Origin: Candidatus Sulfomarinibacteraceae bacterium
GTDB taxonomy: Bacteria > Acidobacteriota > Thermoanaerobaculia > Thermoanaerobaculales > Sulfomarinibacteraceae
Length of the DNA stretch: 64,000 nucleotides
Direction: 5' to 3'
Assembly (NCBI GenBank): GCA_963796455.1
Contig: CAWCLO010000002.1
Location: 32,001-96,000 of the forward strand
The notes below the pieces were generated by a model, which was given only the letters and a program-made list of their open reading frames with translations, made no database searches and was not told where the DNA came from. Below, piece by piece: positions 12,625 to 23,004 of this stretch. The position numbers and the translations under genes were made by a program. Numbering within the stretch: the stretch's first letter is position 1; each line of letters starts with the position of its first letter.

Positions 12625-13374
12625 TCACGCCGAGGCCTTTGAGCGCACCGAGGCCAGACCCCCATCGATTCCGATGACCTGGCCGGTGACCCAGGTGCTC
12701 TCGTCGGATAAAAGCCACGCGATGATCGACGCGACCTCGTCGGGACGGCCGATTCGGCCCAGGGGGTGCATCGACTCCGAAGCCTTGAGCATCATCGGGT
12801 TTCCGGTGATCCCCGAGGCGAGCGGCGTGTCGACAAGGCCGGGGGCCACGATGTTGACCCGGATTCCTTTGGGGGCGTAGGTCGCTGCCGCCGAACGGCC
12901 GAGTCCGATGACTCCGGCCTTGGCGGCGGCGATGGCCTCGTGGCTGGGGAGACCGACGCAGGCCGCCGCCGTCGCGATAAGCACGATTGAGCCGCCGCTC
13001 TGTCGCATCGTTTTGGCGCCGGCTCGAACCGTAGCAAAGGCCGTGTCGAGGTTTGCCGAGATGGTGTGCCTCCACTCCTCATCCGACGTCTGATGGGCCG
13101 CCTTCAGGATGATCGAGCCGACACAGTTGACGATTCCATCGACCGAGCCCGTGCGATCGGAGATGCCCTTGACAAATGCCTCGACCGCCGAGGTGTCGGT
13201 TGCGTCGATTGATTCGAAGTGAGCCCCGCCAAGCTCGGCTGAAAGTTCCTGGAGGCGTTCGCTCCCGCGGGCGGCGAGAGCGACCTCTGCGCCCGATGCC
13301 TTGAGGCGGCGGCTGAGAGCGGAGCCGATCCCGCCGGTGGCGCCGAGGATGACATAATTCGGTGTGCGTTCCAT
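12625..13374 (-). CDS. SDR-family oxidoreductase with an atypical catalytic motif
   Basis: GATGGIG Rossmann motif, IRVNIVAPG, HPLGRIG, VTGQVIGIDGG; YxxxK is replaced by IAAAK. Confidence 0.9.
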   Translation of the reverse strand: MERTPNYVILGATGGIGSALSRRLKASGAEVALAARGSERLQELSAELGGAHFESIDATDTSAVEAFVKGISDRTGSVDGIVNCVGSIILKAAHQTSDEEWRHTISANLDTAFATVRAGAKTMRQSGGSIVLIATAAACVGLPSHEAIAAAKAGVIGLGRSAAATYAPKGIRVNIVAPGLVDTPLASGITGNPMMLKASESMHPLGRIGRPDEVASIIAWLLSDESTWVTGQVIGIDGGLASVRSKASA

Positions 13375-13473
13375 TTTGGTCTCCACGAGTTTTTTATTGC
13401 CAGGTGGCGATGGGGCTAAGTAGGCGCCGCCGCCGACATATTCCTTTCAGACACCACCGGAGGACGAATCGAG

Positions 13474-15156
13474 ATGAGTTTGTTCACATCCGCGCTTGCC
13501 GAGCGGCAGCCCGATCCAGCCGACCGGCGGTGGATATACGTCCCCTACGACCAGATCTCGGCGGATATCGGCCCGCTGTCTCGGGTGGACCCTGCCGACA
13601 TCGGTATCGTGCTGGTCGAGAACCCATGGAAGGCCTCTCGCCGCCCCTATCACCGGCAGAAGCTGGCGTTGATTCTCGCCAACGGCCGCCACTTCGCCCT
13701 TGAACAAGCCGAGCGTGGGGTTGCCGTCCGGCTGGAGGTCGCCCGAGGCCCGTATCGGGACAAACTCGCGGAAGTGGTTTCTCAGCTCGGTCGACTCGAG
13801 GTCATGCGCCCCGCGGAGTACGAGCTGCGATTGGATCTCGAGCCGCTGTTTGCCTCCGAGGCATTGGTCGAAATTCCCCACGAGGGCTGGTTGTCGGATA
13901 GCAGCGACTTTGATGCCAGCCAGAAGGAACAGCCCCCGTGGCGAATGGACGCGTTCTACCGTCAGGTGCGCCGGCGTTCGGGAATCCTGATGGACGGCGG
14001 CAAGCCGTTTGGCGGGAAGTACAGCTTTGATGCCGACAACCGTCGGCCCTGGAAGGGTGAGCCGCCGGCACCTTCACCACCGGTCTTCGAACCCGACGAG
14101 ATAACGCTCGAGGTTGGTGAACTGATCGAACGCCGATTTTCGCAGCATCCGGGTACGTGCGACCTGACGGCTCTTCCGGCAACCCACGACGACGCCGAGC
14201 GGCTGTGGCGGTGGGCATTGGAGGCATGCCTTCCGACATTCGGACCGTATGAGGATGCGATGTCGATCCGTAGTCGGGGACTCTTTCATACCCGGATCTC
14301 GGGCCTTCTCAATATCCACCGGTTGGTGCCGAAACGGGTGGTCGACGATGTCGCCGCGATGGATATCGAGCTCGCCAGTCAGGAAGGCTTTATTCGTCAG
14401 GTTCTGGGGTGGCGGGAGTTCGTGCGCCACGTGCACGAACGCACGATGGGTTTCCGCGACCTCGGCGGCGCCCGGCAGACGATCGAGGAGTCTCCCGGCG
14501 ATGGTGGATGGTCGCGTTGGAGCGGACAGGTCTGGCCCGCAAATGAAATCGGCGACGATGTGCACGCCGGCGCCAGCCCGACATACCTCGCAGTCGATCG
14601 TCCGTTGCCTCTTGGTTATTGGCCGGATCAACCGACTGGGCTCGAGTGCCTCGATCGGGTGGTGGACGACGTCTGGTCGGATGCGTGGACCCACCACATC
14701 CCGCGTCTGATGGTCCTCGCCAACCTTGCCACGCTCCTCGATGTGTCGCCACGAGAGCTGACCGACTGGTTCTGGGTCGCCTATCTCGACGCCTTTGATT
14801 GGGTCGTTGAGCCCAATGTGCTCGCCATGGGCACCTTCGGCGTGGGGCCGCTGATGACCACCAAACCCTATGTTTCGGGTGCCGCTTATATCAACAGAAT
14901 GAGCGATTTCTGTGCGGGCTGTGCCTTCGATCCAAAGAAGGACTGCCCGATCACGAACCTGTACTGGGCCTTCCTCGCCCGGCATCGCGATCGCCTGGCT
15001 GACAATCCGCGAATGCGTTTGATCTTCAGTTCTCTCAGCAAACGAAGTGAGAAACTGCAGGAGATCGATCGCCAGGTCTTCGACTGGGTTTCTCAGACGC
15101 TCTCATCGGGTGGGTGCCTCCGGCCCGGTTTCCTTGAGGAGGATCGCGATGAATGA
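13474..15156 (+). CDS. Cryptochrome/photolyase family protein, FeS-BCP (PhrB/CryB-like (6-4) photolyase) type
   Basis: YHRQKL, RMDAFYR, GGKYSFDADNR, FGPYEDAM, EGFIRQVLGWREF, HHIPRLMV, TKPYVSGAAYINRMSDFC..C and CP..NLYW.FL (Fe-S cysteines). Confidence 0.92.
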   Translation: MSLFTSALAERQPDPADRRWIYVPYDQISADIGPLSRVDPADIGIVLVENPWKASRRPYHRQKLALILANGRHFALEQAERGVAVRLEVARGPYRDKLAEVVSQLGRLEVMRPAEYELRLDLEPLFASEALVEIPHEGWLSDSSDFDASQKEQPPWRMDAFYRQVRRRSGILMDGGKPFGGKYSFDADNRRPWKGEPPAPSPPVFEPDEITLEVGELIERRFSQHPGTCDLTALPATHDDAERLWRWALEACLPTFGPYEDAMSIRSRGLFHTRISGLLNIHRLVPKRVVDDVAAMDIELASQEGFIRQVLGWREFVRHVHERTMGFRDLGGARQTIEESPGDGGWSRWSGQVWPANEIGDDVHAGASPTYLAVDRPLPLGYWPDQPTGLECLDRVVDDVWSDAWTHHIPRLMVLANLATLLDVSPRELTDWFWVAYLDAFDWVVEPNVLAMGTFGVGPLMTTKPYVSGAAYINRMSDFCAGCAFDPKKDCPITNLYWAFLARHRDRLADNPRMRLIFSSLSKRSEKLQEIDRQVFDWVSQTLSSGGCLRPGFLEEDRDE

Positions 15157-15448
15157 TCCGCTGCGAATCGAAAACGTCGCCGCCGCCGGCGATCTTGATT
15201 TTGCCGCTGCCAAGGCTTTGGCCGACGAGGTTGCAGCCGGGGCTCTTGACGAACCAATCTGTATGTCGTGGTACGACCGAGCCGCCGACCGCGAGTCGCC
15301 GGCGCACGCCAGCGAGTGTCATGGAGACTGTGAGATGCCGGGTTACGTCGAGTACGCTCTTACCCGTGGAGCGGAACTCCAGGTGGTGGTTGGCGAAGGC
15401 GCCTTTGTCTTCTGCTACCGGCCGCTCGGGGAGTTCGCGAGCTCGTAA
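15149..15448 (+). CDS. AF1514/DUF5619-like small protein
   Basis: Start overlaps the photolyase stop. AKALAD...EP.CMSWYDR...ESP..SEC...PGYVEYA..RGA.L.V.V.EG.FVF.Y pattern recognised from memory of the family. Confidence 0.6.
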   Translation: MNDPLRIENVAAAGDLDFAAAKALADEVAAGALDEPICMSWYDRAADRESPAHASECHGDCEMPGYVEYALTRGAELQVVVGEGAFVFCYRPLGEFASS

Positions 15449-15480
15449 GGGAAGCCTTTTCAGATGGTGGATGTTCGCAA

Positions 15481-16152
15481 ATGGTGATGAAGCAAGTTGT
15501 TGATCTCGATCGTGTGAGCCGCAACTACCGCCGCGGCGATGAAGAGGTGCGGGCCCTGGTCGAGCTGTCCCTGCAACTCGAAGCGGGTGAGATGGTGGCG
15601 TTGGTCGGGCCGTCGGGTTGCGGAAAGTCGACGGCCCTCAATCTGGTGGCGGCGGTGGATCGCCCCGATGGCGGGACGGTGAGAGTTTGCGGAGTCGATC
15701 TCACTTCGGCCACCGAGAAAGATCTCGTCGATCTCCGCCGGCGCCGGATCGGAATGGTCTTCCAGGCCTTTCATCTCGTTCCCCACCTGACCGTCGAAGA
15801 GAACGTCGCCCTGCCGTTGGCCCTCGATCATCGCCGCGATCCACAGCGAGTCGGGGATCTGATCGAGCGGGTCGGATTGGCGCATCGTCGCCAACACTAC
15901 CCGTCCGAGTTGTCGGGCGGAGAGCAACAGCGCACGGCGGTCGCTCGCGCCCTCGTCCACCGTCCACGCATCCTCGTGGCCGACGAACCGACCGGCAATC
16001 TCGACTCGCGCACCGGGGCGGCCGTCATGGAGCTTTTGGCCGAACTGCGCAGGGCCGAAGGGGCCGCGCTCCTGCTGGCGACCCACGACCACGAGGTGGC
16101 CTCCTCGTCGGACCGCGTCTGCGAACTCGCCGACGGCCGGCTGGTTGGTTGA
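15481..16152 (+). CDS. ABC transporter ATP-binding protein (LolD/MacB-type)
   Basis: GPSGCGKS, LSGGEQQR, ADEPTGNLD, ATHD. Confidence 0.95.
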   Translation: MVMKQVVDLDRVSRNYRRGDEEVRALVELSLQLEAGEMVALVGPSGCGKSTALNLVAAVDRPDGGTVRVCGVDLTSATEKDLVDLRRRRIGMVFQAFHLVPHLTVEENVALPLALDHRRDPQRVGDLIERVGLAHRRQHYPSELSGGEQQRTAVARALVHRPRILVADEPTGNLDSRTGAAVMELLAELRRAEGAALLLATHDHEVASSSDRVCELADGRLVG

Positions 16153-18701
16153 GGACTGCCGGGGTGATTCTCCGCGCTCTCTTTCTGAGGCCCTTGCGAC
16201 GACGCCCTCTGCGTTTTGCGGTGACGATCCTCGGTGTGGCCGCCGGGGTGGCTGCTGTGATTTCGACCATCTCGGCGAGCCGTGCGGCGATCGCCTCCTT
16301 TGCCGAAGGCGTGGAGGAAGTGGCCGGTGCCGCCCGTCTCGAGATCACTCGCCCCGGAGGTCTGCCGGAGGGCCTTCTCGCCGACCTGAAACCGTTGGCG
16401 GGCGACGCCCTGGTGGTTCCGGTGGTGGAAGAGAGTTTGCTTCTGATCGAGCTCGATGACGGCGTACGCTTGTTCGGAACCGACCTCCTCCTCGACGCCA
16501 AGATTCGACCGGTGCTCTCGGAGGATCGGCGGCTCCCGGATCTCGAATCGACGCTGCTCGGCTTCGGCGTTCTGGTCTCGCGGCCGCTGGCGTCCCAGCT
16601 CGGGTTGGGGGTCGGGGATGAACTGACGATTTCAGCGGAAGGTCGTCCGCGATCGATCGAGATCGCGGCCGTCTTCGAGGTCGAAGGTCTGTCCGTCATC
16701 TGGGAACGAGTCCTCGTCATGGACGTGGCTCCGGCTCAAGAGCTGCTCGGACGGGTCGGTCGCCTGGACCGTATCGAGCTCGTACCTCGGCCCGGGGTCG
16801 ATCTTTCTGATCTGGAACAAAGGGCCACCGCCCTGATGCCGGCGGACGTCCGGATCGGAGAACCCTCCGAGCGGCGCCGATTTGCCGAACAGATGCTCGC
16901 CTCGTTGCGATTCAATCTGATTGCATTGTCCGCAATCTCGGTTCTCGTGGGTGGTGTTTTGGTGGCCACGACCCTGGCGACATCGGTCGTGCAGAGGCGG
17001 TATGTCGTGTCGCTCCTGAGATCGTTGGGCGCTTCGAGACGGCGGGTCGCTGCCGTGGTTTTGATCGAGGCGGCGGCGATCGGTGTGATCGGTGGCGCCC
17101 TGGGGGTCGGGACCGGGTTTTTTGGCGCCCGGTTGGCTCTCGACAGCGTGCGATTTACGGTTGCTTCGGTGGTGCGCGGGATCCCGGCGTCGGAGATCGT
17201 CTTCGATCCCACGCTGGCTTTCTTTGGAATCCTGATCGCGGTGGCGACCGCGCTTGCCGCAGCGGTTCTCCCGGTACTCGAGGTGACAGCTACGCCGCCG
17301 CTGCAGGGTCTGAGTGCGACGCCTCCCCGCCGGTTGGGGGTCCGCACCTGGTGCTACCTGACGGCTACCCTTCTTGTGATGGCAGCGATCGCCGCTGCAT
17401 TGACCCAGGCGCCGCCGTTGTGGGATCTGCCGGTCGCGGCTCTGGTCGCGGCATTGATCGTCATGTCGGCTCTGTTGGTGGGATCCGGCGCGCTCCTGGA
17501 TGTTCTGGCTCGCCTCGGTCGCCGCCCCCTTTCTCTGCTGGGGGCTGTCGCCCTCCGTCTTGCTTCGGCGGCCCTTTCCGCCGGGCGGCGCCGGGCGGCC
17601 TGGGCGGCGGGTTCGGCGGCCGTCGCGGTGGCCTTGGCAGTGGCGATCGCAACGATGGTGACTTCATTCAGGGCCACGGTCGAAGACTGGACCGAAGCGG
17701 GAATGCGGGCTGATGTCTGGGTCCGTCCGTTGGCTGCGTCCACCGGCGTGTGGGTCGGGCGCCTCAACCCCGAGGTCGTGACCATCGCCGAAGACCTCTT
17801 CGGGGCGGAGGCAGTGGATCCGTTCTATTCCGTAACGGTGTCGTACGAAGACCGTCCGGTGAGCTTTGCCGGGGCGGCCTTCGATGTGGTCCAGCATTTT
17901 GGGAGCGTGCCGTTTCCCGGGCGGGACTCGGCGGCCGTATTTCGGGAGGCATACCGACGGGGTGGCGCGGTGGTCAACGAACCATTTGCCACCCGGTTTT
18001 CGGTTGCTGAAGGAGACACCATTCGGATGGACCTCCCGGGGGGAAGCCTGGAGCGCGAGGTCATTGGTGTCTTTCGCGATTACTCCCGATCGCATGGCCT
18101 GGTGGTGGTGGACCGGGTTGATTTTCTGCGTTTTTTTCCGGACCGGGGCCCCGAGGATATGGCGCTCTTTCTCCCGGGATTGGATCCGTCTTCGGCACGT
18201 GAGCAGATGCTCGAGGCAGTTCGGGGACGGTTCCTGGTCGAGGCGCTCGTCAACCGAGAGCTGCGATCCGCGGTGCTCGACGCCTTCGAGCGAACCTTCG
18301 CGATCACGACGGCGATGTATTTGGTTGCGGCCGTGGTGTCAGTCGTCGCGATCATCACGGTGCTCTTCACTCTGGTGGCGGAGCGGCGGCGCGAGTTGGC
18401 TACGGTGCGGGCCCTCGGTGGCTCAAGATTCCAGCTGATGTCAATGGTGATTGCCGAAGCGGGTCTTCTCGGGCTGGCGGCAGCAGCGGCCGGGAGCGTT
18501 GCGGGGTTGGTGGTCGGCGTCATTCTGGTCAAGGTCGTCAATCTCCAGTCCTTTGGATGGTCGCTCGAGCTGGTCCTGCCGTGGGCTTCCCTCGCTCAAA
18601 TGGCCGGTTGGGTGATGGCGGCCTGCCTGCTTGCGGGACTCCCCCCGGCCTTGGCTGCGGCGCGGATTCAACCGGCCGTTGTCCTGCGGGAGGAGACGTA
18701 G
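16149..18701 (+). CDS. ABC transporter permease with two FtsX-like domains
   Basis: Repeated TM blocks with SVVQRR...LRSLGAS and VAERRRELATVRALG. The start is inferred from the TTGA overlap; the longer ORF from 15618 is a spurious extension. Confidence 0.88.
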   Translation: MRTAGVILRALFLRPLRRRPLRFAVTILGVAAGVAAVISTISASRAAIASFAEGVEEVAGAARLEITRPGGLPEGLLADLKPLAGDALVVPVVEESLLLIELDDGVRLFGTDLLLDAKIRPVLSEDRRLPDLESTLLGFGVLVSRPLASQLGLGVGDELTISAEGRPRSIEIAAVFEVEGLSVIWERVLVMDVAPAQELLGRVGRLDRIELVPRPGVDLSDLEQRATALMPADVRIGEPSERRRFAEQMLASLRFNLIALSAISVLVGGVLVATTLATSVVQRRYVVSLLRSLGASRRRVAAVVLIEAAAIGVIGGALGVGTGFFGARLALDSVRFTVASVVRGIPASEIVFDPTLAFFGILIAVATALAAAVLPVLEVTATPPLQGLSATPPRRLGVRTWCYLTATLLVMAAIAAALTQAPPLWDLPVAALVAALIVMSALLVGSGALLDVLARLGRRPLSLLGAVALRLASAALSAGRRRAAWAAGSAAVAVALAVAIATMVTSFRATVEDWTEAGMRADVWVRPLAASTGVWVGRLNPEVVTIAEDLFGAEAVDPFYSVTVSYEDRPVSFAGAAFDVVQHFGSVPFPGRDSAAVFREAYRRGGAVVNEPFATRFSVAEGDTIRMDLPGGSLEREVIGVFRDYSRSHGLVVVDRVDFLRFFPDRGPEDMALFLPGLDPSSAREQMLEAVRGRFLVEALVNRELRSAVLDAFERTFAITTAMYLVAAVVSVVAIITVLFTLVAERRRELATVRALGGSRFQLMSMVIAEAGLLGLAAAAAGSVAGLVVGVILVKVVNLQSFGWSLELVLPWASLAQMAGWVMAACLLAGLPPALAAARIQPAVVLREET

Positions 18702-19805
18702 ATGAAGAGAAGTCGCATCTTCTGTCCGCTGATCCTCTTTCTCGGCGCGTTTTTGCTGGGTGCTGAGGAGCCGAAACCGCAGTGGCGACGCGTGACGGGA
18801 CCGCCGGTCCTGGACTTTCCACGCGATCACGGGGCCCACCCCGACTACCGCACCGAATGGTGGTACCTGACCGGAATGCTGACCGACGAGCAGGAGCGCC
18901 GATTCGGGTTTCAGGTGACCTTTTTTCGCCACGGTCTCGCACCGGGTGAGTCGGGACCGGAAAGCTCGCAGCTGCGGGCGCGTCAGATTGTGGCCGCCCA
19001 CCTTGCAGTGGCGGATCTTTCAGCGGGGAGATTCCGGCACGCGGAAAGGATTCGCAGAACGGGTGGGGGGCTGGCCGGGTTTTCGGCCACGGATCTCGAG
19101 GTGTGGCTCGATGACTGGCAGATGAGACGACGGAACGATGAAACCATCTTTGTTTCCGCGCGGGATCCGGAGACCGGAATCGGTCTCGAACTCGATGTTC
19201 GCCCGACCCGGGCCATCGTTGCCCATGGCGACGGGGGGTATTCGAAGAAAGGAGCGGAGGACGGGAACGCATCGGTCTATTTGAGTTGGACTCGGTTGGA
19301 AGTCGCCGGAAAAATCGAAGTGGATGGTGAGCCCAGAACGGTCGGGGGTGTGGCGTGGTTTGACCACGAGTGGGGCACCTCGACCCTCGGCGCGGGCGTT
19401 GTCGGGTGGGATTGGTTCAGCCTCAGGCTTGGAGATGGTCGAGATCTCATGGCCTACCGTCTTCGACGGCCGGATGGCTCCGCTGACCCTCGATCATCGG
19501 GAACCCTGGTGGAGGCGACCGGAGAGGTGGCTCACCTGACGCGGGATGAGGTCGAAGTCGAGGTTCTCGAGCACTGGCAAAGCCCCGAAACCGGAGCCCG
19601 ATATCCGACAAGGTGGAAGGTTCGGGTCCCGTCGGTTTCGATCGATCTCGAAGTTCGAGCTCTCATTTCCTCATCCGAACTCGACGGAACCGCGACAACC
19701 GGGGTGGTCTACTGGGAAGGACCGGTTGAAGCTCAGGGCTCCACCACCGGCGAAGGCTACGTCGAGATGACTGGCTACGCCGGCACCCTCGAGGGCAGGT
19801 TTTGA
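18702..19805 (+). CDS. AttH-like secreted lipocalin / CrtC-like hydrolase
   Basis: FPRDHGAHPDYRTEWWY.TG, WFDHEW, GWDWFSL, YWEG, GYVEMTGY; signal peptide. Confidence 0.9.
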   Translation: MKRSRIFCPLILFLGAFLLGAEEPKPQWRRVTGPPVLDFPRDHGAHPDYRTEWWYLTGMLTDEQERRFGFQVTFFRHGLAPGESGPESSQLRARQIVAAHLAVADLSAGRFRHAERIRRTGGGLAGFSATDLEVWLDDWQMRRRNDETIFVSARDPETGIGLELDVRPTRAIVAHGDGGYSKKGAEDGNASVYLSWTRLEVAGKIEVDGEPRTVGGVAWFDHEWGTSTLGAGVVGWDWFSLRLGDGRDLMAYRLRRPDGSADPRSSGTLVEATGEVAHLTRDEVEVEVLEHWQSPETGARYPTRWKVRVPSVSIDLEVRALISSSELDGTATTGVVYWEGPVEAQGSTTGEGYVEMTGYAGTLEGRF

Positions 19806-19902
19806 GTGTGGGCGAGGCGGCAATCCGATAATCGTCACCAACCAAAACGCAAAATCTTGACCCGCGCGTGGCGAGAGGTCATAGTTCGACCGGGTGGCTC
19901 CG

Positions 19903-20730
19903 ATGAAGAATCTCTCCGTTGATGGACAGGAACCCCGGTTCGGGAATGGGATCGCCTCGAAGGATGGCGCGGATCTCCGCCGACCGGTGTCGCTGGTCGT
20001 GGCCCACCCGGGTCATGAATTGCTGGCCTATGGGTGGCTGCTCGAGCACTCACCGTCAGTGCACATCGTGAGCGACGGCTCCGGTCGTGACTCCGATGCC
20101 AGGATCGAAGCCTCGGCGCATCTGTTGCGGAATGACCTGGGGACTCCCGGATCCGTTTTTGGACGGTGGACGGATCTCGAGCTCTACGAAGCGCTGTTTG
20201 CGGGCCGTTTTGAAGCCTTTCTCACTCTTCGCGATGAGCTCGTCGACGCCTGGTGCGCAGAGGGTGTGCAGACGGTGATCTGCGATGCCTATGAGCGCAA
20301 GATTCTGATGCACGACGTCGTGCAACTTGTTGCATCTGCGGCCGTCGATACAGCCGAAAAAAATGGGCTCGTTATAGAACTGCTGGAACTCCCGAACCAT
20401 ATTGCAGCCGATGAAGAGCGACCAGGAGCCCCGCAACGTCTGGCCGCACTGAATCTTTCTGACGAGTTCTTGAAAAAGAAGATCGAAGCTGCCCGCGGCT
20501 ATCAGTCGGAGGTGATTCAACACGAGGTCGAGGAGTTTCTCCGCCTGCGTGGCGAGGAGAGTTTCCGCGAGGAAGTCCTCTTCCGTGCTCACCGTAAATC
20601 AATCAGTGATCTGGAAAATGAGCCGCGTCCCGCATGGGAGGATCATGGTGAAATCCTGATGCAACAGGGTGTGTACGATCATGTGATCCGGCTTCGAGAA
20701 CACGTCATACCGCTGGTTGAGTCATTGTGA
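19903..20730 (+). CDS. Hypothetical protein with a degenerate PIG-L/LmbE-like fold
   Basis: VVAHPGHEL resembles AHPDDE; VSDG; KK.EAA..YQSE; coupled to the downstream glycosyltransferase. Confidence 0.55.
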   Translation: MKNLSVDGQEPRFGNGIASKDGADLRRPVSLVVAHPGHELLAYGWLLEHSPSVHIVSDGSGRDSDARIEASAHLLRNDLGTPGSVFGRWTDLELYEALFAGRFEAFLTLRDELVDAWCAEGVQTVICDAYERKILMHDVVQLVASAAVDTAEKNGLVIELLELPNHIAADEERPGAPQRLAALNLSDEFLKKKIEAARGYQSEVIQHEVEEFLRLRGEESFREEVLFRAHRKSISDLENEPRPAWEDHGEILMQQGVYDHVIRLREHVIPLVESL

Positions 20731-21908
20731 GAATTCTCATCACCAACAACACGCTCGACGTCCGGGCAGGATCGGAGCTCTATGTTCGGGATCTGGCGAT
20801 TGCGCTCATCGGTCGCGGCCACCATCCCATCGCATACAGCCAGAGTCTCGGCGAGGTAGCCGATGAGTTGCGCGCGGCGACCGTGTCGGTGGTGGACGAT
20901 CTGAACAAGGTTTCCGAAGCGCCGCACCTCATTCACGGTCAGCACCATCTCGAGACCATGACCGCGCTGCTCCATTTTCAAGGGGTGCCCGCGGTCTTTT
21001 TCTGTCACGGGTGGATGCCCTGGCAGGAAGCGCCGCCCCTGCACCCGCGGATTGTCCGTTATGTCGCCGTCGATGATGTGTGCCGGCAGCGTCTGGTCGA
21101 CGAGGGCGGGGTTCCTCCGGACATGACCGAGGTTCTCCTGAACTTCGTGGATCTGGAACGGTTTCGACCGCGGCCCTCCCTGCCGAAGGTGCTCCAAAAG
21201 GCCTTGTTCTATTCGAACAACGGTGGAACGGATGGTGGGGTCGCAGCACTGAGACGTGTTTGTTCCGAGCGCGGGATGGAGCTCGATATCGTCGGTCAGG
21301 CGTCGGGGAATCCTACGGCCTCACCGGAATTCCTGCTCCCGGAATACGACCTCGTTTTTGCCCGGGGTCGGGCCGCCCTGGAAGCCATGGCCGTCGGGTG
21401 TGCCGTCATTCTGTGCGATGCCAAAAGGGTGGGGCCGCTGGTGGATTCTTCGAATTTTGACACACTGCGTCCGCTCAATTTTGGTCTTCGGGCGCTGCGG
21501 TCGCCGGTGAGCGCCAAGTCTCTCGGCGCACAGTTGGATTGCTTCGATCGAGACGATGCGGCCTCCGTCAGCGCCCGGGTGCGCCGCGAGGCCGGACTCT
21601 CCGACGTGGTGGATCGTTTGTTGGTTCTGTATCAAGAGTCCGTCAAAACGGTGGAAAGCTCGGCTGCCGCGGAGGGGCGGGCGACGGCCGACTATTTGCG
21701 CGGTCTGGCGCCGAGGATCAAAGAAAACGAGCAGCTCCAGCTGCAATTGACCAACGCCGTTGATGCGGCGCTTCACTGGCAGCAGGGGGCCGAGTCCATA
21801 GCCGGGGCCAACGATTGGCTCGAGCAGGAAAAACGGCGGGCCGAACAGATTGCGGCAGCCCTGGAGGAAGAAAACGCCCGGCTGCGCGGAGAACTCGATG
21901 GTGGCTGA
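20727..21908 (+). CDS. Glycosyltransferase family 4-like protein with a C-terminal coiled coil
   Basis: MRILIT...GSELYVRDLA..L..RGH; RAALEAMAVGCAVI. Confidence 0.85.
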   Translation: MRILITNNTLDVRAGSELYVRDLAIALIGRGHHPIAYSQSLGEVADELRAATVSVVDDLNKVSEAPHLIHGQHHLETMTALLHFQGVPAVFFCHGWMPWQEAPPLHPRIVRYVAVDDVCRQRLVDEGGVPPDMTEVLLNFVDLERFRPRPSLPKVLQKALFYSNNGGTDGGVAALRRVCSERGMELDIVGQASGNPTASPEFLLPEYDLVFARGRAALEAMAVGCAVILCDAKRVGPLVDSSNFDTLRPLNFGLRALRSPVSAKSLGAQLDCFDRDDAASVSARVRREAGLSDVVDRLLVLYQESVKTVESSAAAEGRATADYLRGLAPRIKENEQLQLQLTNAVDAALHWQQGAESIAGANDWLEQEKRRAEQIAAALEEENARLRGELDGG

Positions 21909-21943
21909 TCAGTCCTCCGTTATTTCCCGGCGGGATACGAGAC

Positions 21944-22939
21944 TCACACACGATTGCGCAGCATGAGTTCTCGAGGGTGCGGCTCGAGGTAGAGCTGTCC
22001 CTGCAGATACCCGATGCCGTGCTTGGCCACGTGGTGTCTCAGGAGCGTGACCGGGACAATCAGCGGCACCATGTCGTTGCGGTAGTCCTCGATCAACGAC
22101 ACCAGTTCATTTCGTTCGAAGGAGTCGAGGTCCCGCTTGAGGTATCCGAGGGCGTGATACAGCACATTGGCGTGGCGTTTGCGGGTGGCGCGGTTTGAGA
22201 GGACCTTGTTGAACTCCTCTTCGTATGCCCGGTAGAGCTCGGCGTCGGGAACGCTTCCCGCCGAGGCGACGATGCGACCGAGGCGCCGGTAACCCGCCTC
22301 GTTATGGGCGCGCAGCAACAGTTTGTGGGCGGTGTGGAACTCCACCAGCCGGCGGCGCGAAAAACCTCGCCGCTCCAGCGAGCGCCAGCGGTGGCGGCAG
22401 AAGACGTGTTCGATAAAGCGCGCGCGAAGCATCGGATCATTCAATCGGCCCTCTTCTTCCACCGGCAGATTGGGCCACTTTTCCATCAGGATACGGGCAA
22501 AGACACCGGCCCCCGCTTTCAACGGCATCCCGGCCTCGGTGTAGACCTTGACCCGCTCCATTCCGCAGCTCGGAGAGGCGCGTTTGAGGAGATAGCCGTC
22601 AAGGCCCGAGGCCATAAGCGCGTCGACCTTTTTCTCCGAGTAGATCTCCATCTTTCCGGTCAGGTCCTCGCCGGACTTGGGCTCGATGAGACGCGGGTTG
22701 TCCCCTCCTTCGACGAGCCGGATCGTTGGCCTCGGGATCCCGAGGCCAATATCGAGCTCTGGGCAGACCGGCACCCAGTCGAACCACTCGCCGAGGACAT
22801 CAGTCAGATAGCGGTCGCGTTTGTGGCCGCCGTCGAATCGGACCTTGGCGCCGAGTAGACAGGACGAGACGCCGAGTCGAATGGGTTCGTCGTCGTGCCA
22901 CGGACGCCACGAAGGTTGGGGTTTTTCAGCTTGATTCAT
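21944..22939 (-). CDS. DUF523 + DUF1722 protein (YbgA / 2-thiouracil desulfurase-like)
   Basis: GVSSCLLG..VRFDGGHK, VCPE, SPSCG, EEEGRL, FH..HKLLL.AH, YL.GQ.YL.PHP.EL. Confidence 0.92.
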   Translation of the reverse strand: MNQAEKPQPSWRPWHDDEPIRLGVSSCLLGAKVRFDGGHKRDRYLTDVLGEWFDWVPVCPELDIGLGIPRPTIRLVEGGDNPRLIEPKSGEDLTGKMEIYSEKKVDALMASGLDGYLLKRASPSCGMERVKVYTEAGMPLKAGAGVFARILMEKWPNLPVEEEGRLNDPMLRARFIEHVFCRHRWRSLERRGFSRRRLVEFHTAHKLLLRAHNEAGYRRLGRIVASAGSVPDAELYRAYEEEFNKVLSNRATRKRHANVLYHALGYLKRDLDSFERNELVSLIEDYRNDMVPLIVPVTLLRHHVAKHGIGYLQGQLYLEPHPRELMLRNRV

Positions 22940-23004
22940 GGCCTCATCATGACACGGATCGCACCGGCCCGGGGTTCGGTTAGCATGAGCCCGAGGGGGC
23001 TCAT

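Noticed and set aside
11743..12665. Short ORFs in the repeat-rich gaps (also 44215-44700 and 50700-51290)
   Set aside because: They are translations of repeat tracts (QRQ/SVISV patterns) without RBS or family motifs.
15618..16148. N-terminal extension making a 1027-aa permease
   Set aside because: It overlaps the ABC ATPase in another frame and is low-complexity Arg/Pro-rich; the real start is near 16149-16164.
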